64,000 nucleotides of DNA, taken from assembly GCA_965248575.1 (NCBI GenBank), contig CBDFJQ010000002.1, positions 1,536,001 to 1,600,000 on the forward strand, written 5' to 3'. The position numbers and the translations under genes were made by a program. The notes beneath the pieces were generated by a model, which had not been told where the DNA came from, did not search any database, and saw only the letters and a list, made by a program, of their open reading frames with translations. Origin of the DNA: Planctomycetota bacterium (lineage in GTDB: Bacteria; Planctomycetota; B15-G4). Below, piece by piece: positions 35,996 to 45,254 of the stretch. Position 1 is the stretch's first letter; every line of letters begins with the position of its first letter.

Positions 35996-38431
35996 TCACT
36001 CCCCCGCTGCGACAGGCTTCAGGCTCACCGCGCACTTCTTGTAGTCCGGTTGCTTGCTGATGGGATCGATGGCATCCAGCGTCAAGCGATTGATCTGGCG
36101 CTGCTCATCGAAGAAGGGAACGAAGACCGACCCCCGTGGGGGCGCACCTCGCCCTCCAACCCAGGCAGGCATCTGCAAGCTCCCACGCCGGGTGCTCAGC
36201 TCCACCTGCTGGCCGTTGGAAATGCCGAGCTCCGAGGCGTCCTGAGCGTTCAGCTCCACATAGGCATTGGGCATGGCGGCTGCGAGATCCGGCACGACTC
36301 CTGTCAGGGTTCCGGTGTGCCAGTGTTCGAGTACGCGCCCTGTGCACAACCAGAAGGGATAGTCCCCGTCGGGTATCTCCGGCGGAGCTGCATAGGGCCG
36401 GAACCAGATCTGGGCCCTGCCGTCCTTGGTCGTGGAGTGATAGAAGTCCACGCCCTTTCCGGCTGCGACGTAGGGGTCCTCGCCCTCCACGAAGCGCCAA
36501 CGCGTCTCTTTCCACTGGCCGCTGGGCTGCTGCACCACCGGCCAACGCAAGCCGCGGGCCTTGACGTACTCGCCGTAGGGCGCGAGGTCCTTGTGCTTCA
36601 GGGTGGTGAAGGGGCGATACTGCTCGAACAACTTCTCGTCCACGTTCTCGTCGTAGTAGCGGTCCCACTCCCAAGCGGGGAAGGAGCCGCCCTCGTCCGA
36701 GGGGAGATCGAACAAGAAGTTGCCGTGCTTGTCCTTCATGGGCTCGAAGTCGCGCTCGAACAGGGTGTGCGCCACGGCCAGCATCTGCCAGACGTCGTCG
36801 CGCGCGCCCTGCGGCGGCTCCACCATCTTGAACCACTGCTGCGTGCGCCGTTCCGAGTTGCCGAACAAACCGTTCTTCTCGACCCACAAAGCCGACGGCA
36901 AGACGAGGTCCGCCTCGACCGTGGTGGCCGTGGGGTAGACGTCCGAGACGATCAGGAACTTGCCCTGCTCGCGCGCACGTCGATAGAAGAGGGCCTCCGT
37001 GTTGGGCAGGGACTGAGCGGGGTTGGTCACCTGCACCCAGATCGTGGAGATGCTGCCTCCCTCCTCGGCCGGTGTGCAGAAGGCATCCCACATCTTCACC
37101 GTGTGGAAGCCTGGCGTGCCTGAGACACGCCCCGCGGGCAGCTTCCAGAGGCGCTCGGCGTCGGCCCGGTGGGCTTCTTTCTTCACGATGCGACCGCCGG
37201 GCAGGGTGTGGGCGAGGGTGCCCACCTCGCGCGCCGTGCCGCAGGCGGAGGGCTGCCCCGTGAGACTCGTGGGCCCGTCCCCCGGCTTGCCGAAGTGCCC
37301 GCTCAACAAGTGCAAACCATGCACCAGGGTGTTGATCGCCGTGCCCCGGGTGTGCTGGTTCATGCCCATGCACCAGAAGCTGGCGATGCGCTTGGTGGGG
37401 TCGCCGAAGAGCCCTGCCAGCATGCGCACGTCGTCAGCTGGCACACCGGAGAGCTGCTCGACAAACTCGGGCGTGTAGGGCGCCAGGGCTTCGCGGTACT
37501 GTTCGAACGTCATGGGCACGCCGAAGAGATCCAGCGTCTCGGCATCCTGACGGAAGGCGGCGTGCTTCTCGACGAAGGCCTTGTCCCAGGTCCCGTTCGC
37601 CAAGAGCAGGTGAGCCACACCATTGGCCAGCGCAAGGTCGCCCTGGGGCCGCATGAGCAGGAAGTGATCGCAGGCATCGGTCGTGCGCGTCCGGCGCGTG
37701 CCGATGTCGATCAGGGTGACCTGCTCCCCGCGCAGGCGGCGATCCACGAGACGCGAGAAGAGGACCGGGTGCATCTCGGCCGGGTTGTTGCCCCACATGA
37801 TGGCGACATCACAGGCCTCGAGGTCGTCATAGCAGCTCGCCGGTTCGTCCACGCCATAGGTCGCGAGGAATCCAGTGACCGCGGACGCCATGCACAAGCG
37901 GGCGTTCGGGTCGATGTGGTTGTTCGCCAACCCGCCCTTGATGAACTTGTTGGCCACATAGCCTTCAGGGATCGTCCACTGCCCGCTGCCGTAGATCGCA
38001 AAGCCCGCCGGGTCGGCCTGCACCTTGTCGGCCACCACCTCGATGGCTTCCTCCCAACTGATGGGCTCGAGCTTGCCGTTGCGGCGCAGCAGGGGCGTGG
38101 TCAAACGGTTCTTGCCGTACAGGATCTCGCCGACGTGGTAGCCCTTCACGCACAGCAGGCCGCGGTTGACCTCTGCCTGCTCGTCCCCCGCTACGGCCAC
38201 GACCTTGCCTTCGGCCACACCGACCTGCACGTGGCAGCCGGTGCCGCAGAAACGACAGGGGGCCTTGTTCCACTGGATTCCAGCCAAACCACTCAAGACC
38301 GGCATCACCGGAGCCTTCTTGGCGGCGGACAGCGCGGCCGTCATGGCCACGGACTTCATGAACGTCCGCCGGTTGGGTCCGGAGGAGCTTGCGGCCGTGG
38401 AGATTCCAGGCAACCCGGACCTCAATGGCAT
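35996..38431 (-). CDS. napA: periplasmic nitrate reductase catalytic subunit
   Basis: Tat NRRTFMK; APCRFCGTGC..LCVKG; GSGQWT; DPNARLCMASA; SLTGQPSACGTAREVG; TGRVLEHWHTG; SKQPDYKKCAV. Confidence 0.97.
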   Translation of the reverse strand: MPLRSGLPGISTAASSSGPNRRTFMKSVAMTAALSAAKKAPVMPVLSGLAGIQWNKAPCRFCGTGCHVQVGVAEGKVVAVAGDEQAEVNRGLLCVKGYHVGEILYGKNRLTTPLLRRNGKLEPISWEEAIEVVADKVQADPAGFAIYGSGQWTIPEGYVANKFIKGGLANNHIDPNARLCMASAVTGFLATYGVDEPASCYDDLEACDVAIMWGNNPAEMHPVLFSRLVDRRLRGEQVTLIDIGTRRTRTTDACDHFLLMRPQGDLALANGVAHLLLANGTWDKAFVEKHAAFRQDAETLDLFGVPMTFEQYREALAPYTPEFVEQLSGVPADDVRMLAGLFGDPTKRIASFWCMGMNQHTRGTAINTLVHGLHLLSGHFGKPGDGPTSLTGQPSACGTAREVGTLAHTLPGGRIVKKEAHRADAERLWKLPAGRVSGTPGFHTVKMWDAFCTPAEEGGSISTIWVQVTNPAQSLPNTEALFYRRAREQGKFLIVSDVYPTATTVEADLVLPSALWVEKNGLFGNSERRTQQWFKMVEPPQGARDDVWQMLAVAHTLFERDFEPMKDKHGNFLFDLPSDEGGSFPAWEWDRYYDENVDEKLFEQYRPFTTLKHKDLAPYGEYVKARGLRWPVVQQPSGQWKETRWRFVEGEDPYVAAGKGVDFYHSTTKDGRAQIWFRPYAAPPEIPDGDYPFWLCTGRVLEHWHTGTLTGVVPDLAAAMPNAYVELNAQDASELGISNGQQVELSTRRGSLQMPAWVGGRGAPPRGSVFVPFFDEQRQINRLTLDAIDPISKQPDYKKCAVSLKPVAAGE

Positions 38432-39201
38432 GACCCTTGCCCTCCCTTGCAGTCACAGCCGTGCCCGCCTGGGATCGCGGCAGGAGCAGGTTGTGCGTCG
38501 ACGTGTCCTTCACACGCATCCAGATCCACGGCGACCACTTCGATGTCACCGACTCCGGGCATCGCTGCCAGACGCCGGGTTGCCTCTTCCGCAGCCACCG
38601 CATCGTCCGACTGCAGGACAACCGGCAAGCGGGATCCAACGGGCTTGCCCACCGCACAGTCAGGGCGTTGAGCCAAGGACGAACGCACGGCTTCAACGTC
38701 CGCATCGGGCTTCAGGACCACCACCAGGGACGCCGAGTGCTGCGCAGGTTGGGGCGCGCCCGGAAGCGAATCCGCCAAGCTGCACAGACGCTCGTAGTAG
38801 GTGTCCACGTTCATGCCGCACAAGGCGGCTCCAAACAGCTCAGCCTCCTCACGCGATGCGACGTCCAGATAATTCACCGTGGGCAGGTGATACCCCACGA
38901 TCAACGGCAGGGCGGCGGGCTGCGACTGGAACTGCGGATGCACGACGAGATCAAAACCCTCAGTCGGGCCATCCCCCCGGGGACGGGCCCACGCGAACTC
39001 CCCCGCCAGCAGGTCATCCTGCTCGAAGACGAGTCGGGTCGGAAAGCGAGCCACCTCGGGGTCGGCCAACAGCGCCGCCAGGCTTTCTTCGTCAAAGCTG
39101 GGCCCATAGGTCTTGCGGGCGTGGAGGGCCTTGTCGATGAGGTGCCCATGGAGCGCCTGACGGCCCTCCTCCTCGCTCACCTTCGTGCGTGACGGTGACA
39201 T
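38422..39201 (-). CDS. unknown domain fused to NapD-like chaperone
   Basis: C-terminal ferredoxin-fold pattern SLVV...V...L...P...RLPVVL.S...LAAMPGV..I.VV; directly upstream of napA; ~145-aa unassigned N-domain. Confidence 0.65.
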   Translation of the reverse strand: MSPSRTKVSEEEGRQALHGHLIDKALHARKTYGPSFDEESLAALLADPEVARFPTRLVFEQDDLLAGEFAWARPRGDGPTEGFDLVVHPQFQSQPAALPLIVGYHLPTVNYLDVASREEAELFGAALCGMNVDTYYERLCSLADSLPGAPQPAQHSASLVVVLKPDADVEAVRSSLAQRPDCAVGKPVGSRLPVVLQSDDAVAAEEATRRLAAMPGVGDIEVVAVDLDACEGHVDAQPAPAAIPGGHGCDCKGGQGSCH

Positions 39202-39253
39202 GCGTGACGTCCTTCCTGAGGGTGCTGGCTTCGCTTCGCTGTGGACCTGATGC

Positions 39254-40705
39254 CTACTTCGAGTAGCGCTTCTTGAACTCCTGTTGGGCCGCATCGCGGC
39301 GCTCTGCCTCGCCCGGATCCATCAAGCCCAGGAACCACTTGTGGTCGTCCGAGGTGAGCACCTCGTGCAGCTTCGCCTTCAAGGCTTCGGCGCCAGCCAC
39401 GATCGCGGGGTCATCCGACTCCAGGCTCTCCTCCACCAGCTCTTCGAGCTCGGGCACATACTCCGAGTAGAAGTTCTTGGCCAGGTCGTAGGTCCCGTGC
39501 CAATGGGTGTAGTCCGGGCCCATCATGGAGGCGGCATGCCGAGCGCGACGCCCTTCGTGATGCCAGAGTTCGAACCAGATGAAGTCGATCTTGTTGGCGA
39601 ACTTGACCGGGCTCATGAGCGGCCTGGCCAGGTTGTAGAGCGCGAGACCGGGCTTCGCGTACTTCTCGTTGTAGAGCGCCTGCAGACCGTCGTACTGGAT
39701 GTAGAAGTTGTCGACCCAGCTGGAGTTGTGGCACGCACTGCACACGTCGCGCATGTTGTCGCGACGCTCCTGCCAAGGCACGCTGGCGCCGGGCAGGCCC
39801 ATCTTTGCGTCTGACTCCTCAGGCCGGATGGAGATGGCAGGCCGGTTGTTCCAGCTGATGCGCATGCCCACGTCGTGGGTCACTTCCTGCTCGCGAGTCG
39901 CGGACATGTGACAGGTCGCACAGGTGGGCGCCGCGAAGTAGTCCTCACCGACGATCCACTTGGCCGAGTCCAGGTTCATCTTGTCCTTGTTGGCGTGGTA
40001 CGCCACGCCGTGCTTGGACTCCTCGTAAATCTCGATCTGGGGGTGGTCGGGGCCCATGTGGCACTTGCCGCAGTTCTCGGGCTGCCGGGCTTGCGCCACA
40101 GAGAAGGTGTGCCGGCTGTGGCACGCGCTGCAGCTGCCTTCACTGCCATCGGGGTTGATGCGTCCGATGCCGGTGTTGGGCCAGGTAGCGGGGTCCAGAC
40201 GACCGCCTTCGAGGACCTTCACCTGGCTTCCGTGGCACTGCCAGCAACCACTCACGGCCGCCGCAGACACTCCCTCAGGAAAGCCCTCGGTCTTGAGACC
40301 GCGGTTGCCCTCCACCACCTCGGCGAGCACGTTGTCCAAGGAGCCCAGGATGCGACCGGCCTTGCTGTGGTGGGAGCCCAGGAACTGCTCCACCTCCGTG
40401 CTGTGGCAACGCGCGCAGTCCTTCGGACTGACGATCACCGCGATGCTCCGGTCGTAGTGCATGAAGGCGTCCGCGTCCTCCCGGTTCGCGGCGTGGCATT
40501 CGTAGCAGCCGATGTTGCCCCGGTAGTGCTTGCTTGCCCCCCACTGCTGGTAGAGAGCGGGGCTCTCCTCGCGGTGGCACGCGATGCACTCCTTGGTCGC
40601 CTCGCTCATCTTGGCGAGGCCGATGGCCTGTGCCGTGAGCGAGGGCGCGCATAGGACGACTGCACCCAGCCAGGCAAGGCACGCAATACGGATCTTTGGC
40701 GTCAT
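39254..40705 (-). CDS. octaheme hydroxylamine oxidoreductase-family cytochrome c (reductive/epsilon-HAO type)
   Basis: Signal peptide; 8 CxxCH (CIACH, CYECH, CARCH, CWQCH, CSACH, CGKCH, CATCH, CSACH); GPDHPQ.EIY.ESKHG; WHHEGRR..MMGPDYTHWHG. Confidence 0.9.
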   Translation of the reverse strand: MTPKIRIACLAWLGAVVLCAPSLTAQAIGLAKMSEATKECIACHREESPALYQQWGASKHYRGNIGCYECHAANREDADAFMHYDRSIAVIVSPKDCARCHSTEVEQFLGSHHSKAGRILGSLDNVLAEVVEGNRGLKTEGFPEGVSAAAVSGCWQCHGSQVKVLEGGRLDPATWPNTGIGRINPDGSEGSCSACHSRHTFSVAQARQPENCGKCHMGPDHPQIEIYEESKHGVAYHANKDKMNLDSAKWIVGEDYFAAPTCATCHMSATREQEVTHDVGMRISWNNRPAISIRPEESDAKMGLPGASVPWQERRDNMRDVCSACHNSSWVDNFYIQYDGLQALYNEKYAKPGLALYNLARPLMSPVKFANKIDFIWFELWHHEGRRARHAASMMGPDYTHWHGTYDLAKNFYSEYVPELEELVEESLESDDPAIVAGAEALKAKLHEVLTSDDHKWFLGLMDPGEAERRDAAQQEFKKRYSK

Positions 40706-41997
40706 GGTGAGTCCTCTTTCTCGAATGACATGTGCTGGACGGCACCTGCAGGCGGTGCGTCCAAGGCACCGGCTGGCGCTGGCCCACCGCGGTAGTACCG
40801 CGTGTCGATGGTCAGCTTTCCAGCCAGAACGGGAATCGTGATACGAACAAGAATCGTGAAGATCATGAGCCCGAAGGCCCAGATGCCCAGGCTCACCAGC
40901 ACCTCGTTGAGCGTGGGTGTGTACTCCACCACTTCGCCGATGGGTGAGGGGACGAAGCCCGGGATGATCAAGCCCATGCCCTTCTCGATCCAGATGCCGA
41001 CGATCTGCAGGCCACAGGCGACGTAGAGCACCGGAAGGCGCCGAGAAGAGACGGGCAGGTAGAGCAGGACGAGCGCCAGGGTGTTCATGCCAATGGCGGT
41101 CCAGATCCAGGGCACCAAGGCCGACTTGCCGTGCAAGCCGAAGAACAGGTAGCGAGCGGACACCACGTGTGCGCTGTCGGTGTAGAACTCGGTGAACACC
41201 TCGCAGATCAACAGGAACATGTTGATCGTCAGCGCCACCGTCACGATCTGCTTGAGCGTGATGATGGCCTTGCGCGCCACGTTGTAGGACGTGAAGCGAT
41301 TCACGACCACCAAGGTCAGGATCAAGAAAGAGGGGCCCGCCGCGAAGGCGCTGGCCAGGAAGCGCGGCGCGATGATGGCCGAGTTCCAGAAGGGTCGCCC
41401 GCCCAGGCCCACGTAGAGGAAGGCCGTCACCGTGTGGATGCTCACGGCCCAGACGATGGCGGTGAAGACGAACGGCACATAGAAGACCGGGCTCGGCTTC
41501 CGCTTGCGGTAGGCGCAATACACCAGATACCCGCAGATGTGCATGTTCAGCAGCAAGTAGCCGTTCAACACCAGCACGTCCCAACTCAGCATGGAGATGG
41601 GGAAGTTGAAGCGCATGAACAGGTGGTGGAACCGATCGGGTCGACCCAGGTCGACGGTCACGAAAGCCAGGCACATGATGATGGAGGCCACCGCCAACAG
41701 CTCGCCAAAGATGACGAGGTCATGCAGTTCCTTGTTGCGGTAGATGTAGACAGGGACCACCAACATCACGGCCGCAGCGGCCATGCCCACCAGGAAGGTG
41801 AAGTTGGCGATGTAGAGCCCCCAGGACACCTGGTCGGTCATGCCCGTCGTGGCCAGGCCCTGCACCAACTGCTTGGCGTAGGCGTTCAGACCGAACAGCG
41901 CCACGATGGTCAGGAACAACATCCACAGGTGGTATCGCCAATCACCGACGAAACTGACCCGGAAGCAGCGCCAGAGGAATCGCGTGTACTCCTTCAT
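40702..41997 (-). CDS. NrfD/PsrC/DsrP-family membrane quinol-interacting subunit
   Basis: GMTDQVSWGLYIANFTFLVG, VDLGRPDRF, WAVSIHTVTAFLY, PRFLASAF; about 10 TMs. Confidence 0.92.
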   Translation of the reverse strand: MKEYTRFLWRCFRVSFVGDWRYHLWMLFLTIVALFGLNAYAKQLVQGLATTGMTDQVSWGLYIANFTFLVGMAAAAVMLVVPVYIYRNKELHDLVIFGELLAVASIIMCLAFVTVDLGRPDRFHHLFMRFNFPISMLSWDVLVLNGYLLLNMHICGYLVYCAYRKRKPSPVFYVPFVFTAIVWAVSIHTVTAFLYVGLGGRPFWNSAIIAPRFLASAFAAGPSFLILTLVVVNRFTSYNVARKAIITLKQIVTVALTINMFLLICEVFTEFYTDSAHVVSARYLFFGLHGKSALVPWIWTAIGMNTLALVLLYLPVSSRRLPVLYVACGLQIVGIWIEKGMGLIIPGFVPSPIGEVVEYTPTLNEVLVSLGIWAFGLMIFTILVRITIPVLAGKLTIDTRYYRGGPAPAGALDAPPAGAVQHMSFEKEDSP

Positions 41998-43007
41998 CCT
42001 TCGTCGCTCCTCCCATGGCCTCGCGGGTAGCGCTCATCGAAGTAGTAGAAGAAGCGCGGCAAGGTGCCCACGTCCTCCTTCAGGACGAAGACCCGCTTGG
42101 TGCGCAGGATCTGGGCCACTTCGCTGTTCGGGTCGAGCACGTTGCCGAACTTCCGGGCTCCCACCGGGCAGACCTCCAAGCAGGCTGGCATGCGCCCTTC
42201 CCGGGTGCGCTGCAAGCAGAAGGTGCACTTCTCCATGACGCCCTTCTGGCGTGGGCGGTTGGAGAGGTAGGCCATCTCCGGGTTGACATCCTGGGGCTCC
42301 AGCTTCGGTTCACTGAAGTTGAAGCGCCGTGCCCAGTACGGGCAGGCGGCCTCGCAGTAGCGGCAACCGATGCACCAGTCGTAGTCCACAACGGTGATGC
42401 CGTCGGGCTCCTGCCAGGTGGCCTCCACAGGGCAGACCTTCACGCAGGGTGGGTTGGCGCACTGGTGGCACTGGATCGGCATGTAGAAGTGATCGTCATC
42501 CGGCACCGTGGGGTGGTCGTACTGGTGGTTCCCCTGCTCCACGTCCAAGGTCCCACGCGGCATCTCCAGCACGCGGATGTACTGGATCTCGGGCGAGCGG
42601 CTCTGGTTGTTCTCCTCGACGCAGGCGTGGACGCACTTGCGGCAGCCGACGCAGCGGCTGAGGTTGAGGGCGTAGACGAACTCGACACCGTCGAGTGGGG
42701 TGACGTCGCGCACGGAGGCATCGATGGCATAGCGCTTCTGGACCTCGCCGCTGATGCGCGCCAAGGCGGTCTCCATGTCCTGCCCGTCCATCTCCTTGTA
42801 GTGCTTCTGGATGAAGCCCTCCATGGAGGGGATGTCGTCCGGGTCCATGTCCGCCAGCGGACGCAAGGCGGCCACGAAGGCCGAGAGGCCTGCCAGTGCG
42901 GTCACGCCCTGTCGCAGGAAGTTTCGCCGCGACAGGGGGCCGACGACCTCGGTTCCGTCGGGAGCCGGTGAGGCGGGCGACGTGGATGTCGAGTCGTGAC
43001 CGTTCAC
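41994..43007 (-). CDS. Tat-exported 4Fe-4S protein (NrfC/DsrO-like)
   Basis: SRRNFL; CVGCRKCVHAC, CHQCANPPCVKVCP, CIGCRYCEAACP, KCTFC..PACLEVCP. Confidence 0.93.
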   Translation of the reverse strand: MNGHDSTSTSPASPAPDGTEVVGPLSRRNFLRQGVTALAGLSAFVAALRPLADMDPDDIPSMEGFIQKHYKEMDGQDMETALARISGEVQKRYAIDASVRDVTPLDGVEFVYALNLSRCVGCRKCVHACVEENNQSRSPEIQYIRVLEMPRGTLDVEQGNHQYDHPTVPDDDHFYMPIQCHQCANPPCVKVCPVEATWQEPDGITVVDYDWCIGCRYCEAACPYWARRFNFSEPKLEPQDVNPEMAYLSNRPRQKGVMEKCTFCLQRTREGRMPACLEVCPVGARKFGNVLDPNSEVAQILRTKRVFVLKEDVGTLPRFFYYFDERYPRGHGRSDEG

Positions 43008-43678
43008 CGCTGCTCCTCCGTGTCGTGTTCGTCGACTGACCGGCTCTCCAGCCCCCAGCGGCGCAAGGGGCCGCCGGAGCCCAGGTCTTCAGCGTGGTCG
43101 CCAGCGTGGCCTTCGTCAGTCGGGCTCGCGCGCCAGGTGTTGGGCCCGGGCAAGGGCTTCAAGCCCGGGAAGGCCGGGCTGTGGGGGTCATGGCACTCGA
43201 TGCACTGCAGCCGCCGGAACGCCGGGTCATCCGACCGCCAGCTGCCCATGGTCCGACCGTGGGTCCCCACCTCCCAGTCACGAAAGGTCGTTCCGTGGCA
43301 CCCGGCGCACAGATCCACTGCCTGAGCGAGGGGAACGCGCTCGCCCCCCATCAGCTCCAGCTCAGCGCGATTCTCGCGGGCATGGCAGTTGAAGCAGCGG
43401 GTGTTGAGGCCGTGATCCAGCACGATGTCGAGGTGCTGCGCGAGCTGTTCAGGGGTCTCCTCAAGGGAGTCGAACAGCGCATGGCAGTCGGCACAGCGCT
43501 GCTGCACGCCGCCGATGGTCACGACATCCAGCCGAGCCTTGAGCGGGCGCATGGGCTCCGTCGAGAGCTGTTCCTTCGTCACATCGGCGCGGGGCGCCGG
43601 GGGCAGGTCCACCGCGCTCCCCCCGAACAGGAAGATGATCGCAGCCACCGCGAAGGTCAGGGGGATCATTGTGCGCAT
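43004..43678 (-). CDS. membrane-anchored tetraheme cytochrome c
   Basis: N-terminal TM/signal; CADCH, CFNCH, CAGCH, CIECH. Confidence 0.88.
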   Translation of the reverse strand: MRTMIPLTFAVAAIIFLFGGSAVDLPPAPRADVTKEQLSTEPMRPLKARLDVVTIGGVQQRCADCHALFDSLEETPEQLAQHLDIVLDHGLNTRCFNCHARENRAELELMGGERVPLAQAVDLCAGCHGTTFRDWEVGTHGRTMGSWRSDDPAFRRLQCIECHDPHSPAFPGLKPLPGPNTWRASPTDEGHAGDHAEDLGSGGPLRRWGLESRSVDEHDTEEQR

Positions 43679-43876
43679 GGGCTTCGGCCCTTTGTCGTTT
43701 AGACGGCAAGAACGCTACGAATCAAGACTTCAGGAGAGCTTCGTCCAACGGGCGCACGCTCCCCATACGCCAAAGGGCGTAGGTCGGGGCTGGACACTAC
43801 GCACCGACATGGACTTCCCCCATCTGTACGTTCACGTGCTTCTTACACGGCGCCCGACACACTTTGGAGGTTGTCA

Positions 43877-45174
43877 TGTCAGCACCCACTTGCCTCGTTT
43901 CCCTCACATCACGCGGGACAAGCTTGGCGCTCTGCGCCGTGGTACTCGCCCTCGCCAGTTGCGCGACGCCTCTGAGGCTCCCTGAAAAGGATCCCTCTTC
44001 CTTCCGTATCGGTCCGCAAGAGGTCACATCTCCCGCAACGATTCGCGAGGCCGTCGAGCAGGGCAAGGCCTACCTCAAGCTCCGCATACGCGGGGAATCG
44101 CATGATGCAGGCGGAGTGTCCAAGGATGCTGCCGGCGTCACGATCCGAACCGTCCTCGGCTATGAGACGGCCGCGATCAACGGCACGTCACTCCTGGTGG
44201 AAGCCGAGAACGTCAGCCACTTGGGTGGCGAGGCCTACAACAACTCCGTCAATGGCAAGCTCGACCGGCCGGCGATCGCCGACCCTTCCGGCACCGAAGT
44301 CAACCAGGCCTACCTGCAGCACACGATCGGCGACACGAAGATCCGAGGCGGACGTCAACGCATCATCCTGGACAACGCACGCTTCGTGGGCAACGTGGGC
44401 TGGCGCCAGAACGAACAGACGTTCGACGCCGTGAGCGCCACCGGAAACGTAGGTGGTGTGAAACTCTTCTGGAGCTGGCTCGCCAACGCCAACCGCATCT
44501 TCGGCGAAGACCACCCGGCGGGCGACGCGCGCATGGACTCCCATCTGCTCAACGCCAAGACCGCATTGGGTGAGGACAGTGCGCTCACCGGATACTGGTA
44601 TCACCTCGACTTCAATCGCTCGAGCGGCATGGCAGCTCTTTCCACATCCACGGTCGGCGCTCGCTTCGAGGGCGCGATCTGGGACTCGGAAGAGGCACCC
44701 GTGAAGGTCAGCCTGGAGTTGGCGCACCAGAAGGACGCCGGCTCCAATCCGGGGAGCGTGGATGCGGGCTACAGCCACCTCGCGCTCTCGGGCGCCATCG
44801 GTCCCGTGCAGTTGAAGGTCGGCCAGGAGACGCTGGACGGTTCGCGTTCCGGCAACGGCACCTTCTCCACACCCCTCGCCACCCTGCACGCCTTCAATGG
44901 TTGGGCTGACAAGTTCCTGGTCACACCGGCAACGGGGCTCCAGGACTCCTACATCTCAATCGGTGGCACCTATGAGGGCACTGCCCTGAAGGCCGTCTAC
45001 CACGAGTTCAAGTCGCAGACGACCTCCGCCACGTACGGGCAGGAAATTGACTTCCTGGCCACGCGCCCCATCGACGAGGACTCTGCCTGGGGAGCGAAGT
45101 TCGCCGACTACGACGCACGCTCCCTCACCACGGACAGCCGCAAGGCCTGGCTGTGGTACCAAACGCAGTTCTAG
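43877..45174 (+). CDS. alginate-export (AlgE)-family outer-membrane beta-barrel
   Basis: GGAGG SD; TEVNQAYL, GRQRIILDNARFVGNVGWRQNEQTFDA, TPLATLHAFNGWADKF, C-terminal Phe. Confidence 0.85.
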
Positions 45175-45254
45175 GACGAGCTCAACAGCCCATCGCTCGG
45201 GACCAGGCCCTCGAGGCGAACACCGGAAGGCTCGCTGCCGTCCGTTGACTCGCG

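Noticed and set aside
39254..40705. Evidence of nitrification or anammox
   Set aside because: Reductive-type C-terminal motif and nap context; no amo, cycAB or hzs genes in the window
40706..41674. N-terminal extension of the 806-aa ORF (likewise 24632-25186 and 14708-15076)
   Set aside because: Overlaps a better-supported gene; real starts with SD, signal peptide or coupling lie downstream
40702..43007. Dissimilatory sulfite reduction (dsrOP)
   Set aside because: DsrP-like motifs are present but there is no dsrMKJ or dsrAB; context is N-oxide respiration
43712..43725. FNR/CRP-type box upstream of the nitrate operon
   Set aside because: Only the ATCAA half-site; no TTGAT partner
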